This document shows, one piece after another, positions 1 through 10,112 of a stretch of 64,000 nucleotides of DNA. Each line of letters opens with the position of its first letter. Position 1 is the first letter of the stretch. The DNA is from Saprolegnia diclina VS20 (lineage: Eukaryota), in NCBI RefSeq assembly GCF_000281045.1, contig NW_008246100.1:244408-308407 (forward strand), read 5' to 3'. The notes under the pieces are model-generated. The model saw nothing but the letters and a program-made list of their open reading frames with translations. It was not told where the DNA came from and searched no databases. A program made the position numbers and the translations under genes.

Positions 1-943
1 GCGGCGAATGGTACGAACACGATCTTACTTGCGCGTAGCAGGCGTGGCTACTGCCCTTGAGCTCCGCCAAAGATCAGCACACGAAGTTACGACGTCGTCA
101 GTCAGCTGCTTGGACATCACTTTGCGAAATGTTGAATGATGGCACGACCACCAATCCCTCCACTTTCGCACTTAATCGAAACAATCGCCAAAATCCGGAT
201 GTCGACCTCGGGCATGTCCTTTGTACCACGTTTTTGGCTATACGTCGATCCAGGAGCTTTGCGAGAGTACGTTCCCAAGCCTAACGTGCCAAGCACATGG
301 GTGTCGGAGGTGTGTTGACCTGCTTTGATCACATAGATACTGAAGGATTTCATGGATCTGCAGAGGCCACTGCAAGGGACAGTTGAAAGTACGGAGTATC
401 TCGGTCGACAAGGCGATCGCGTGCATTTCTGAGCACCGCGTACCGTGCGAATCGGTGCTTCTTGACGCACGATTCTCGTGAAGGACCCAAGAAAAACGCA
501 AGCTGGGATCGTCGTGTCGAAAACCGATACTCCCAAGACGCTCACAGGATCCGAGATGGCGCCCAGGAGGTCGCAAAGACGGGAGCAGCGACGGGCAGCT
601 TGAACCACACAACACCAAGTACCACCAGTTCACGGTGAGGCCAATGACAATGACGTTCGTCCAGCAACAATCGCCTAGGACGATTCACAGCGTATGCTTC
701 GATACATGGACAAGGATGAAGCCTGTGCTCTCGTGAGCCACGCAGCCTTGATTGCACCAACGATCACAATCACTGAACTTCGAGTCAGTACCACTGTTAT
801 AGTCTGCGGCTGTCTACAGGCTGGCGGTTTTTCGTCAGAGTGTGGCTTGTATTTACGGTCCTAGACACGCGATGCAGCTGATCACGTGCCACACAGTGTG
901 AGCTCACAGTGCGCTGCACTCGGATTCGGCACGAATCACAGCT

Positions 944-956
944 CACAACTCATTTC
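944..956 (+). promoter_or_regulatory. Inr/FPR-like core promoter element CACAACTCATTTC upstream of copy 1
   Basis: Near-identical motif lies 15-35 nt upstream of the ATG in all four paralogues and resembles the oomycete Inr (YCAYTYY)/FPR core element. Confidence 0.55.
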
Positions 957-974
957 TCATCCAAAGCCACAACC

Positions 975-1910
975 ATGGTCGCACTCTCGGCCCTCGGCAC
1001 ATTCCTACTTGCCGCCAACCTCACATCCTTTGACCCAGCGACTGCTCGTCCCAGTGACGACGACTTCACGAACCGCGACAAGATCATCTTTGCCGTCCGT
1101 GCTGATTTAAAGGGCGGCCGATTTGCGTCTGCCAAGCCTGTGTCCAACGTCACGTTTCCCGTCGCCGACGTCGCGTCGACTGTGTACATCTCGCAGGAGA
1201 GCTACATGCGCGCCATCGACACTGCCAAGCCCGACAACACCACGCGCAACTTTGTCAGCTCGCTCCTCTATGCTCGTAGCGGCGTGCCTCGCGTGTGCGC
1301 CCACAGCATTTACGGCACAACGATTCTAAACACATCGACCGAGTACCAGTTCGCAGACAAGACCTCGACGATCAAGCCGCTTGCAGCCAAACTCGCCACG
1401 ACCACGTCGACGACGACGGAGCTCGTCGGGTCTCGCTCGTTAAGCCAGCTTGTGTTTCGCATCGAGTCGGGCTGCTTGGGCTATGCGACATTTGCGTGCA
1501 ACTTGGACGACGCGTCCGGCACTGTTTCGCTTCGCATTGGCGTGGCGCTCGCCGAGTACGTGGAATTGAACCCGGCGTCCTTCATGGCGTTGTGCAGTGG
1601 CCAATACAACGTTCGCCCGATTCGAATCAACCCCAACTACAACATTGCGTTTACAGTACCGACGGGCAACTGGGCGACACAGTCGATCGCGGACGATGCC
1701 AAGATCTTCTTTCGCTACAATGCGCCAGCGGTGACGACGCCACCCGCGAGAACGACGGCAGCGACAAGCACGGTGCCACTGACAACGACGACGAGTAGCA
1801 GTCCGACGGAGCGCCCAGTGACGACGGTACCCGCTGCGACATCGGCCACCACTCTCGTGTCACTCGCCACGAGCGTCATTGGCCTTGGCGCGACCTTTCT
1901 CGTTCTCTAA
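975..1910 (+). CDS. Secreted, probably GPI-anchored protein of an unrecognised family, copy 1 (311 aa, intronless)
   Basis: ATG at 975 starts the hydrophobic leader MVALSALGTFLLAA. A 4-Cys core is shared with copies 2-4, followed by a Thr/Pro-rich stalk and hydrophobic C-terminus (SATTLVSLATSVIGLGATFLVL). Confidence 0.85.
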   Translation: MVALSALGTFLLAANLTSFDPATARPSDDDFTNRDKIIFAVRADLKGGRFASAKPVSNVTFPVADVASTVYISQESYMRAIDTAKPDNTTRNFVSSLLYARSGVPRVCAHSIYGTTILNTSTEYQFADKTSTIKPLAAKLATTTSTTTELVGSRSLSQLVFRIESGCLGYATFACNLDDASGTVSLRIGVALAEYVELNPASFMALCSGQYNVRPIRINPNYNIAFTVPTGNWATQSIADDAKIFFRYNAPAVTTPPARTTAATSTVPLTTTTSSSPTERPVTTVPAATSATTLVSLATSVIGLGATFLVL

Positions 1911-2321
1911 CAGTAGCATCGCTGTTTCGTCGTAGTCAATCTCGTCAACGCTGTCATATTTTCGTTGCAGTAGGCGATACCCTGTCAAATTGTCGTCTTT
2001 GAACTAACCGTGGTTTGTGCAGTTGAGGGCGTGTCGCTGTGGCATCCACGCGCTGTAGAGGAGCTCTTGACGTTGACATCGCTCGAAACATGCATGTTGT
2101 GTCCTTGTTGCAATGTTGTGTACTTTGTTAATGTCAATAGCAATGAATGCTTGATAGTTTTTCAGTGCTTGTCCATTCGCTTGAATTGAGATCCGCCGTT
2201 AACCTCGCCTGTGTGCGCTCTGGCTGTAGACCACCGATTTGCATCGCTGAAATTTACATTCTGGCTGAATAAAGGACAACAATTGGTCTCTCCAACAACA
2301 TACTTCAACGCTCGACATGTA

Positions 2322-3206
2322 TTAGACAATATAGAACAAGAGAGACGCGACTACACCCATGGAGAGCGCCAAGGTTGAAGCGGCCGACGGAGTAGGCGTT
2401 GCCGTCGCTGGTTGCTGCGTGGTACTTGTGGGGTTGGTCGTTGTTGTTGCCGGACGCGTCGTTCTCCAAAGTGGCTCTGTGTACGTGAAAAAGAGCTTGT
2501 CGTCGTCCGCGATCGCTTGCCGTTCCCACGCTCCATTGGGCACGGTGAACGCAACGTTGACGTCCGGGTCAATCTTGCTGGGGTACACCGAGTCGCCGCA
2601 CTGCTCCATGGTCGAGGACGGGTGCAGGCTCACGTACTCTCGTCGCGTAAAGCCGAGGCGGAACGAGACGGTGTCCGTATTTTCTTCCAAATTGCACTTC
2701 AGCGCCACAAAATCCAAGCAACCATCGTGAACGCGGGCGACCACCTGGCTGAACTCGTGCGATTGGAGCGCTGCCCGGCTCGACAATGGAACATCGGGCT
2801 TCGTCTGGTAGTTATGGATCGTCGATACCCCGTCAGAGTACTGGAGCTCGACCGACGCATTGAGCTTGGAGGCACTGCCCACCATGACATCGCAGACGCG
2901 CGATCCGCCGGTGTAGCTGAAGACGAGTGCGTAAACAAAGTTTGCCGTGGCCTTGGGAGGCTTGACAGCGTCCACCGCTTTCGACACACTGTCGAACGAC
3001 ACGAATACGGTTGACGCGGGGTCGGCGACGGGGAACGTGACGTTGACGACGGGCTTGGCAGACGCAAATCGACCGCCCGACATGTCGGCGCGGACGGCGT
3101 AGGTCATGTTCTCCATGTCTTTGGCACTGGAACGGTCGGTGGTTGGGTCGAAGGACGTGAGGTTGGCAGCGAGAAGGAGCGCACCGAGGGCCGAGAGGGC
3201 GACCAT
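2322..3206 (-). CDS. Secreted, probably GPI-anchored protein, copy 2 (294 aa)
   Basis: MVALSALGALLLAANLTSFDP start; shared motifs YAVRADMSGGRFASAKP, GCLDFVALKCNL, IADDDKLFF; Thr-rich stalk and hydrophobic tail. Confidence 0.85.
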   Translation of the reverse strand: MVALSALGALLLAANLTSFDPTTDRSSAKDMENMTYAVRADMSGGRFASAKPVVNVTFPVADPASTVFVSFDSVSKAVDAVKPPKATANFVYALVFSYTGGSRVCDVMVGSASKLNASVELQYSDGVSTIHNYQTKPDVPLSSRAALQSHEFSQVVARVHDGCLDFVALKCNLEENTDTVSFRLGFTRREYVSLHPSSTMEQCGDSVYPSKIDPDVNVAFTVPNGAWERQAIADDDKLFFTYTEPLWRTTRPATTTTNPTSTTQQPATATPTPSAASTLALSMGVVASLLFYIV

Positions 3207-3449
3207 CGTGTGGGAGCGATGTGTAAAATTGAGTTGTGGCTCTGGTTGCCACAATGCCGCTGTGAATCCAACCAAAGAGTAGTACAGTTTTGGAGATAGA
3301 CGCCATCGTGGTTGCGTCGTGGTGGGTATGCTGCCTGAGACCTCAAGTCTCGGCGGCGGTGTGCGAGACATGTGTTCCACCTAGATTCATTTGTTGAGCA
3401 AAGTGCAGCTGAGGCAATAAGAAAGGCACAGGCAGATGTCGATGTATCC

Positions 3450-3600
3450 TATCTATTCCTTCGACAACGGATATTGCATTTGTGGTCGTTTGCTAGTCTA
3501 TGCCGTCCGCACCAACGTGGCTGGCGGGCGGTCAACTGCACGTTTCCCGTTGCTGACACAGTATGTCGACGTGTATTTGTCGTTCGAGAGCGATATGCGC
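3450..3600 (+). pseudogene. Decayed fragment of the same secreted-protein family
   Basis: Frameshifted pieces YSFD / YAVRTNVAGGR / VNCTFPVADT / VYLSFESDMR match family motifs TSFD / FAVRADLKGGR / VNVTFPVAD / VYISQESYMR. No signal peptide or C-terminal half. Confidence 0.7.
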
Positions 3601-3755
3601 TACCAAAGTCTGCGACGTCACACGCATTTTGATTATGTTACTGCAGTACGCGCTCACGTACAGTTTTACCCAAGCGCCTTGCATGTGCCTTCCATCAACT
3701 CTCATTTACGGCGCGACCGCCCTCGACACGTCAGTCGAATTTCCGATTTTATGAA

Positions 3756-3932
3756 GCTCGTCAGGAGCATGAGCCACCAGCGCGGCACGGTGTCACCAGA
3801 ACAGGAAAAGGTCGCCTTCTTCAACGACATGCCCACTTCTGTCCGGATGCAATGGAATCCGGATAAAGATCCAACTCAAATATCTCTCTCAAAGACACTC
3901 ACCTCGGAAAGAACGCGTTTGTGAGCGAGCGA
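3756..3932. repeat. Segment duplicated (split) at 4535-4672 and 5332-5369
   Basis: Near-identical sequence (GCTCGTCAGGAGCATGAGCC... and ACACTCACCTCGGAAAGAACGCG...) reappears at both ends of the gap-flanked contig. Confidence 0.9.
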
Positions 3933-4434
3933 CACTGCCCAGCCTGACATCTCATGTGTCGCATTGTCGTGAGGGTGGTCGAACTTTCTCCTGGCTCAAT
4001 TATTCGTCTCGAAATGCCCGCAACAGCTTTGAATGTTGCGATCTAGCGATCTAGAGGCTTATAATGTACAACTGCAATTGCCCGGCTGCCGAGTTGTCGC
4101 AGTGGTTTGGCTGCTAGGGGCGGCCCAAAGAAACCATCCCGTAAAGTCGTCATACCGTATCTATGCTCGCGCGTGCTCCACATCACCTGGCTAACTTACA
4201 ACAACCGAGTATTTCGTGCCTGACGTTTGCACTGACATTTTCACAAAGTTCGACGTCGAGACCTTGCTGCTGTCGCTTCCAAAGCGAACTATCTACGCCT
4301 TCCGTAGTTTATATACGCGACAGAAAATCAATCAACTGGGCGCGGCACATGCAGTGTCCATTGCGCCAGGTCGCCTTGTCGAAACTGGATACTTGCCGTG
4401 GTACACGTCAAACACAAGTTTATTCCGTGCGCAC

Positions 4435-4534
4435 NNNNNNNNNNNNNNNNNNNNNNNNNNNNNNNNNNNNNNNNNNNNNNNNNNNNNNNNNNNNNNNNNN
4501 NNNNNNNNNNNNNNNNNNNNNNNNNNNNNNNNNN
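4435..4534. other. Assembly gap (100 N)
   Basis: Run of N. Confidence 1.
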
Positions 4535-4678
4535 GCTCGTCAGGAGCATGAGCCACCAGCGCGGCACGGTGTCACCAGAACAGGAAAAGGTCGCCTTCTT
4601 CAACGACATGCCCACTTCTGTCCGGATGCGTTGGAATCCGGATAAAGATCGAACTCAAATAGCTCTTTCAAAATTTGA

Positions 4679-5297
4679 GAGCATCCCCAGCAGTCGTTTC
4701 CATTTTATTGCTAACGGGTGGCTTTGGAAACGACCAGTTGGCAATGGAAACGGAGCTCCCCAACAGCATTGCCAAACGTTGCCAATCAACAGCTGACAGA
4801 TCAACATTCCGACGATAGCGAGGCGCTCCACTGGTTCCAAGGCGACGCCGTCGACGCCAGCACGGACTAGGCCCTACTCGCGGCCACGCTTAGCGAGAGT
4901 CATCAAGGCAGTTCATGACTGTGCGACGGAGCTAACCGCATGTCAGTGGGCGCAGCGACGCCTTGTGTGCAGATATGATTTGCCCAGATCGCTCAATGCG
5001 AGTGCCATCAGAGAGGTTCCTGCTACATCTGGGGTCTCTGTGTTGCCGGCATAGCTGTCCTCGACTGTGGAAAACTCCGAGCTGAGTTCTGACGGCGTTT
5101 TCATGCCTTGAATTCGTCCATTGCCCGTCGCATGGGCCTTAAAAACGATTGGAAATGCTGGCCGACGTTTTTAAAGTCGACCGCGATAAAACGGCTGGCA
5201 ATCTTTTACAAATTTTTAGGTATAAAAACGCCTCTTGGGGAGGTCCGTTTTTAAAAATTGCTATATTTACATATAAAAACGACTGCTGGGGATGCTC
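4679..5297. mobile_element. Non-autonomous DNA transposon (PIF/Harbinger, Tourist-like MITE), 619 bp
   Basis: Perfect 21-bp TIR GAGCATCCCCAGCAGTCGTTT (4679-4699) / AAACGACTGCTGGGGATGCTC (5277-5297). 3-bp direct repeat TGA at 4676-4678 and 5298-5300. Subterminal AAAACG repeats; no transposase ORF. Confidence 0.88.
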
Positions 5298-5306
5298 TGA
5301 GAGATA

Positions 5307-5349
5307 TCTTTCCGAGGTGAGTGTATTCAATACACTCACCTCGGAAAGA
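5307..5349. repeat. Perfect 43-bp palindrome (21-bp arms, 1-nt loop)
   Basis: TCTTTCCGAGGTGAGTGTATT-C-AATACACTCACCTCGGAAAGA. Confidence 0.95.
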
Positions 5350-5369
5350 ACGCGTTTGTGAGCGAGCGA

Positions 5370-5469
5370 NNNNNNNNNNNNNNNNNNNNNNNNNNNNNNN
5401 NNNNNNNNNNNNNNNNNNNNNNNNNNNNNNNNNNNNNNNNNNNNNNNNNNNNNNNNNNNNNNNNNNNNN
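5370..5469. other. Assembly gap (100 N)
   Basis: Run of N. Sequence from 5470 repeats about 80 bp preceding the first gap (about 4356-4434). Confidence 1.
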
Positions 5470-6382
5470 GTCCATTGCGCCAGGTCGCCTTGTCGAAACT
5501 GGATACTTGCCGTGATACACGTCAAACACAAGTTTATTCCGTGCGCACGACGCTACCATTGACGCACGATGACGTGGCAACGTCACAGCAGCGATTCATG
5601 AGCTGTGATTTTTCAAGTCATCCCCGCTTCACCACGGTTGCGAGTCACAGAGAGTTGTATCAATATACCATTTCAAGCCGAGACTGTTATGATAGCTAAA
5701 GTGAAGCGAGCTCGATTGATGTAACATGCTTTCTTCAGACTCTCATTGCCGGAGCTGTACCGCATTGTTGAACAGAGTGGCATACCGCCAAAGGTAGACG
5801 GTGATGTTTCGTCGCATACCCAGCTGATCTGGGGTACTTTGCACTTGGTGAGAACTCCATAACGTGCTCTTTGTTTGCAATCGATCGTTTCTTCACGACC
5901 TTTGAGACTACATGATCACCGACCCCTTGAACTTGCAGAATTCTTAGCGATGCCTATACTGGTGTAAGAACCATTCGCATGATAGTCCAGTTCTACACGT
6001 TCTTCGAGGCAAATCGGTGACCTTACCACGGACAAGGCGGTGAACCAGCTGCATGGTCTCTGCTGACCATGTGTCGCAGCTCAGTGGATCGTCAATCAAA
6101 CAACTGCGACCGATCGGTGTACTAATCAATTGGCAATTTGTTCTGTCGTCCGACAGGCCACGACAAGGGACTGAGATTCGCTGCGGATCGTATCGGACGA
6201 ACACCACCAGCCCAAGTGACGTCACAGCGACCGAGTCAGTCCAGCGTCGGACAATCTCGTAAATGTAATGTTCTAGCATGGTATACTAGTATGAAGGTAA
6301 TTCACAACATGCAAAAATACAAATCATGTTGAAAACCAACACCACTTGTCCGACACAACTCAATTTCACTCGCAGTCGAACA

Positions 6383-7246
6383 ATGGTCGCGCTCTCTGCT
6401 CTCGGCACCTTCCTCCTCGCTGCTAACCTCTCGTCTTTTGACCCGACGACCGTCCGTCCCACTGACGACACCAATAAGACGATCTTCGCAGTCCGTGCCG
6501 ACTTGAGTCGTGGGCGATTCGCATCCGCCAAGCCCGTCGCCGCCGTCACGTTTCCCATCGCGGACGTGACATCAACCGTGTACGTCTCGCGTGAGAGCTA
6601 CGCGCGCGCAACCGAAGCCGTCAAGCCGTCTGAAGTTGTCGCCAATTTTGTCAACTCGCTGCTTTTTGCTCAAAGTAGCGCCGCCCGCGAGTGTTTGCCA
6701 AACATTTACGGTGCGTCCAAGCTCAACACGTCGTTTGAGTTTGAGTTTTCGGACAAGCCATCGATGACCACGACGCTTGAAGCCAAACCCAATACGACGA
6801 CTGCGACAGTGGTGCAACTGGCACCGGGCACAGTGAGCCAAGTTGTCTTCCGCGTCAACGCGGGCTGCTTGGACTACGCGACGCTCGCGTGCAACTTGGA
6901 CGCGGCGTCGGGCGCCACCTCGTTCCGCATCGGCGTGACACGCGCCGAGTACTTGGACCTACACCCGTCGTCCTTGATGGCCATGTGCGGCAACCAGTGG
7001 GACTCGCGCCCGGTTGACATCGACCCCAACGTCAACATCGCGTTCGCAGTACCGTCGGGCACCTGGGTGGCGCAGACGGTCGCAGACGACGCCAAAGCCT
7101 TCTTCAGCTACAAGGCGCCAGCGACGACGACGACCAAGCCATCCAGCATCGCACCGACACCGACGCCGACACCGTCCGCCGCCTCCACGTTGTCGCTTTC
7201 CACGAGCGTCTTTGCATGCCTCGCGGCGATTTGGCTCATCCAATAG
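6383..7246 (+). CDS. Secreted, probably GPI-anchored protein, copy 3 (287 aa)
   Basis: MVALSALGTFLLAANLSSFDP start, same 4-Cys core, PT-rich stalk, tail SAASTLSLSTSVFACLAAIWLIQ. Confidence 0.85.
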   Translation: MVALSALGTFLLAANLSSFDPTTVRPTDDTNKTIFAVRADLSRGRFASAKPVAAVTFPIADVTSTVYVSRESYARATEAVKPSEVVANFVNSLLFAQSSAARECLPNIYGASKLNTSFEFEFSDKPSMTTTLEAKPNTTTATVVQLAPGTVSQVVFRVNAGCLDYATLACNLDAASGATSFRIGVTRAEYLDLHPSSLMAMCGNQWDSRPVDIDPNVNIAFAVPSGTWVAQTVADDAKAFFSYKAPATTTTKPSSIAPTPTPTPSAASTLSLSTSVFACLAAIWLIQ

Positions 7247-9172
7247 AAACGTGACGGCAGGGTGCTCAGCGCACGGTCGTAAGCAGCACCTACCACCGCA
7301 CCGTGAAGAAATCGATATGGTGCATACGTCCGACCGAGCTAACCTTTAGGTCTGGGAGGGTTAGCAATTTTGAAATGACTATGCGGACGGCCCAACATAG
7401 TACGATGAGCGATCAACTCGACAACCTTTTGTTTTTGAGGCGTTTCACTAGATGCAGGGCTACGTTACCTGTAGTATACTTGGTGTCGTCTCGCGAGGAG
7501 TAACTGTGCTCGTTGTCAATGCGTGATACGAAAACGGTGCACGCATATTTCGAGTCTTCGTGCAGAAGAGAGCGCTTGGCACTGCGACTGCGGGCGTTGG
7601 TTTCGATCTCGGCATTGGCGATTCCGTCGCATCGGCCAGCGCTGGAACATGACAACACCGCAATGACAATTCACCCAAACTCAAACTCCTGCATTACATT
7701 AGGGAATACTGAGGTATTGCGACGCCGTTTGCAGCCCATGCACGATCGCCCTCGATAATCTTTATGCAATGCCACAAGGGACAATATGTTGTTTGACGCT
7801 TTTTGTGAATGACTGGCTACACTACCGAAGCGCCACTGGGCAAATTGATGGGGTTGGCATGATCTAACAAGGCATTTCACGGTAGTGGCTTTATACCTGT
7901 CAATACATTGTTTCATTTGTTGCCAGTTTGTTGCGGTGACCAGCCGACATTTGTTTGCTTCTGGACGTCGACAAAAACGTCCAGAAATAGAGTGCTTTTG
8001 CTACCAAGATTTCTTCTCACTAAGCTTATTCGTAGAGCTGACGAGTAGCACGTACGGGCTGGCCGCAGGTTTATGGCTACTAGCGTATTATTCACTATCG
8101 GCTGGAACATGCAAAGAAAATCAAACGCGTTTACGGAATGAAAATGAGGCCGTACGATCTCAAAGGAAATATGAATCCATCAACAAATTGGACTGAATTC
8201 TTTGGTCGGTTATGACGATTGAAAAATGGGTTTGTACCATGCGATGCCAGCCTTCACATACATATGGTGTATTGTTCAACATCTCTGTCCACAACCGTGT
8301 AGACACACATATGCCCAGACATGTCTTGACAATCACTCGGCTTGTTAAAGATTATATATATATGAACGTGTTCCGCGTTATCTTCATTATGGCACAAAGA
8401 CTTCGCATACGTAGCGCTACGCCTGAATGCGTGGGAGTTGGCACCAGCACTTGGTCGTTGGGAGTGAGCTGCGTACGGAGAGATCCATCCCGTGGTGGAC
8501 CCATTTATCTTGCAGGCGAAGCGAACTGATATCTTTCGGGAGGCAGCAACCACCACCGTTTCAGTTAAGTGATGAACAAATGACGTACGAAATCACGGTG
8601 TCGTGCCCTAAACGCGATTAGCTGGTGTTTCTTCAGTCGCAAAATTACACTAAAAATTGGAGGAGTGTGTGGTCGCTGCAGAGGCCTGACGGACGCAACG
8701 ACATCTCAACCGAGTTTGCACTAGAGTGCAATGCCTTTCCTAACGTTAGAGTGTTTTGAGACAGCAACAGGACGATTTTCTGATCCTGATCCTGCACTGC
8801 ATAGCTTCAACAACGGTCGGTCGGCAGGGATATTCATTGAAACTAGCTCCTGTTCAATCGCTCACAGGTTTAGCGTACGTAGGTTCGATCCCATCGCCAG
8901 GATAAGAGAGGCAAGGGGTCCAAGCGCCGTCGACTCGTTCTCACCGACCGTTCATGCCGATCCGCCGCCGATTTACTCCATTTTCTAACGTCATGTCCAC
9001 AGCAACATTCGGTGATAGCTTTCACTCTGCCATTGGAGTTCGGCAGATGCGCTGTACACGGACGAGGCAGCTGATGACATCCGAAGATCCACCAGCTGCT
9101 TCTACTCTTGTCACACTCAAGGCTCACCGAGGCGCTTCACAAGTCAATTTCCCACCCGCCCAAATCTACAAA

Positions 9173-10054
9173 ATGGTCGCGCTCGCGGCCCTCGGCACGT
9201 TCCTTCTCGCTGCCAACCTCTCGTCCTTTGACCCAACGACCGTCCATCCCAGTACCGACGTCAGGAGCACGATCTTCGCCGTCCGCGCCGACTTGGTGGG
9301 CGGTCACTTCGCCTCCGCCGAGCCCGCCGCCAACGTCACGTTTCCCGTCGCTGACGCCGCGTCGACTGTGTACATTTCGTACACTAGCTATTGGCGCGCC
9401 GTTGACGCTGCGAAGCCTGCTCCATCCGTCCGCCAGTTTGTCAGCGCGTTGCTTTTCGAGGCGCCCATTCTGCCTTACACGTGCGCACCCACCATTTATG
9501 GCTCCACGGTCCTCAATGCCTCGGTCGTCATTTAGTTTTCGGACCAAATTTCAAAGACCAAGCTGCTCGAGGTGGCCGACCCCAACGTCACGGTGTTGGC
9601 GTATATGGACCTCGGGTCGCGGTCTGCGACCCAATTCGTCTTGAGCGTCGAGTCGGGCTGCTTGGACTTTGCGACGCTCCAGTGCAATTTGGGCGCAACG
9701 TACGGCGCTGTCGACTTTCGAATTGGCTTTACGCGGGCCAAGTACATGGAACTCAACCCGCGGTCGAGTATGGAGCATTGCGACATCTCCAAGCCCACTG
9801 GCCGCGGACTCGACATGAACGTTGCGTTCTCCGTGCCGACGGGCGACTGGGCGCGTCACACGATCGCGGACGACGCCAAGGCATTCTTCAACTACAAGGC
9901 ACCGGAGAAGACGACACCGCCGACCGCTGCGCCAACAACCAGCACGCAGCGTCCCGTGACGGTGGCACCTGCTGCAACGTCGGCCGCCTTGTCCCTTGCA
10001 ACGAGCGCTCTGACTGGCGTTTGTGTACTCTACCTTGTACTTGCCTTGTACTAG
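9173..10054 (+). pseudogene. Copy 4 of the secreted-protein family, with one in-frame TAG at 9533-9535
   Basis: ORFs 8954-9535 and 9572-10054 share a frame. LNASVVI*FSDQ aligns colinearly with LNTSTEYQFADK / LNASVELQYSDG / LNTSFEFEFSDK. Confidence 0.75.
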
Positions 10055-10112
10055 TAACCATTAAACAGTGCCCTTTCTATACATTATGTACACAAAAGAA
10101 GATTCTGTTGAT

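Noticed and set aside
1..900. Short overlapping ORFs at the window start
   Set aside because: No recognisable motif, multiple stops in all frames and no clear exon chain; may be a gene tail or decayed sequence, but cannot be supported.
909..974. Longer upstream starts for the family ORFs (909, 3380, 6326, 8954)
   Set aside because: Extensions are mostly not conserved as protein, mask the signal peptide, and overlap the shared core-promoter motif.
3600..4434. Possible transposase or gene remnants around the duplicated segment
   Set aside because: No DDE, RT or other recognisable motif in any frame.
7300..9000. Lower-GC intergenic stretch with short ORFs, a 10-bp stem hairpin (7959-7986) and a C-box-like GTGATGA
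   Set aside because: No TIR/TSD, no complete snoRNA architecture and no coding signature; isolated short hairpins are expected by chance.
9533..9535. TAG as pyrrolysine or a variant genetic code
   Set aside because: Other genes here terminate normally at TAG and Pyl is not known in eukaryotes; a single-base nonsense change explains it.
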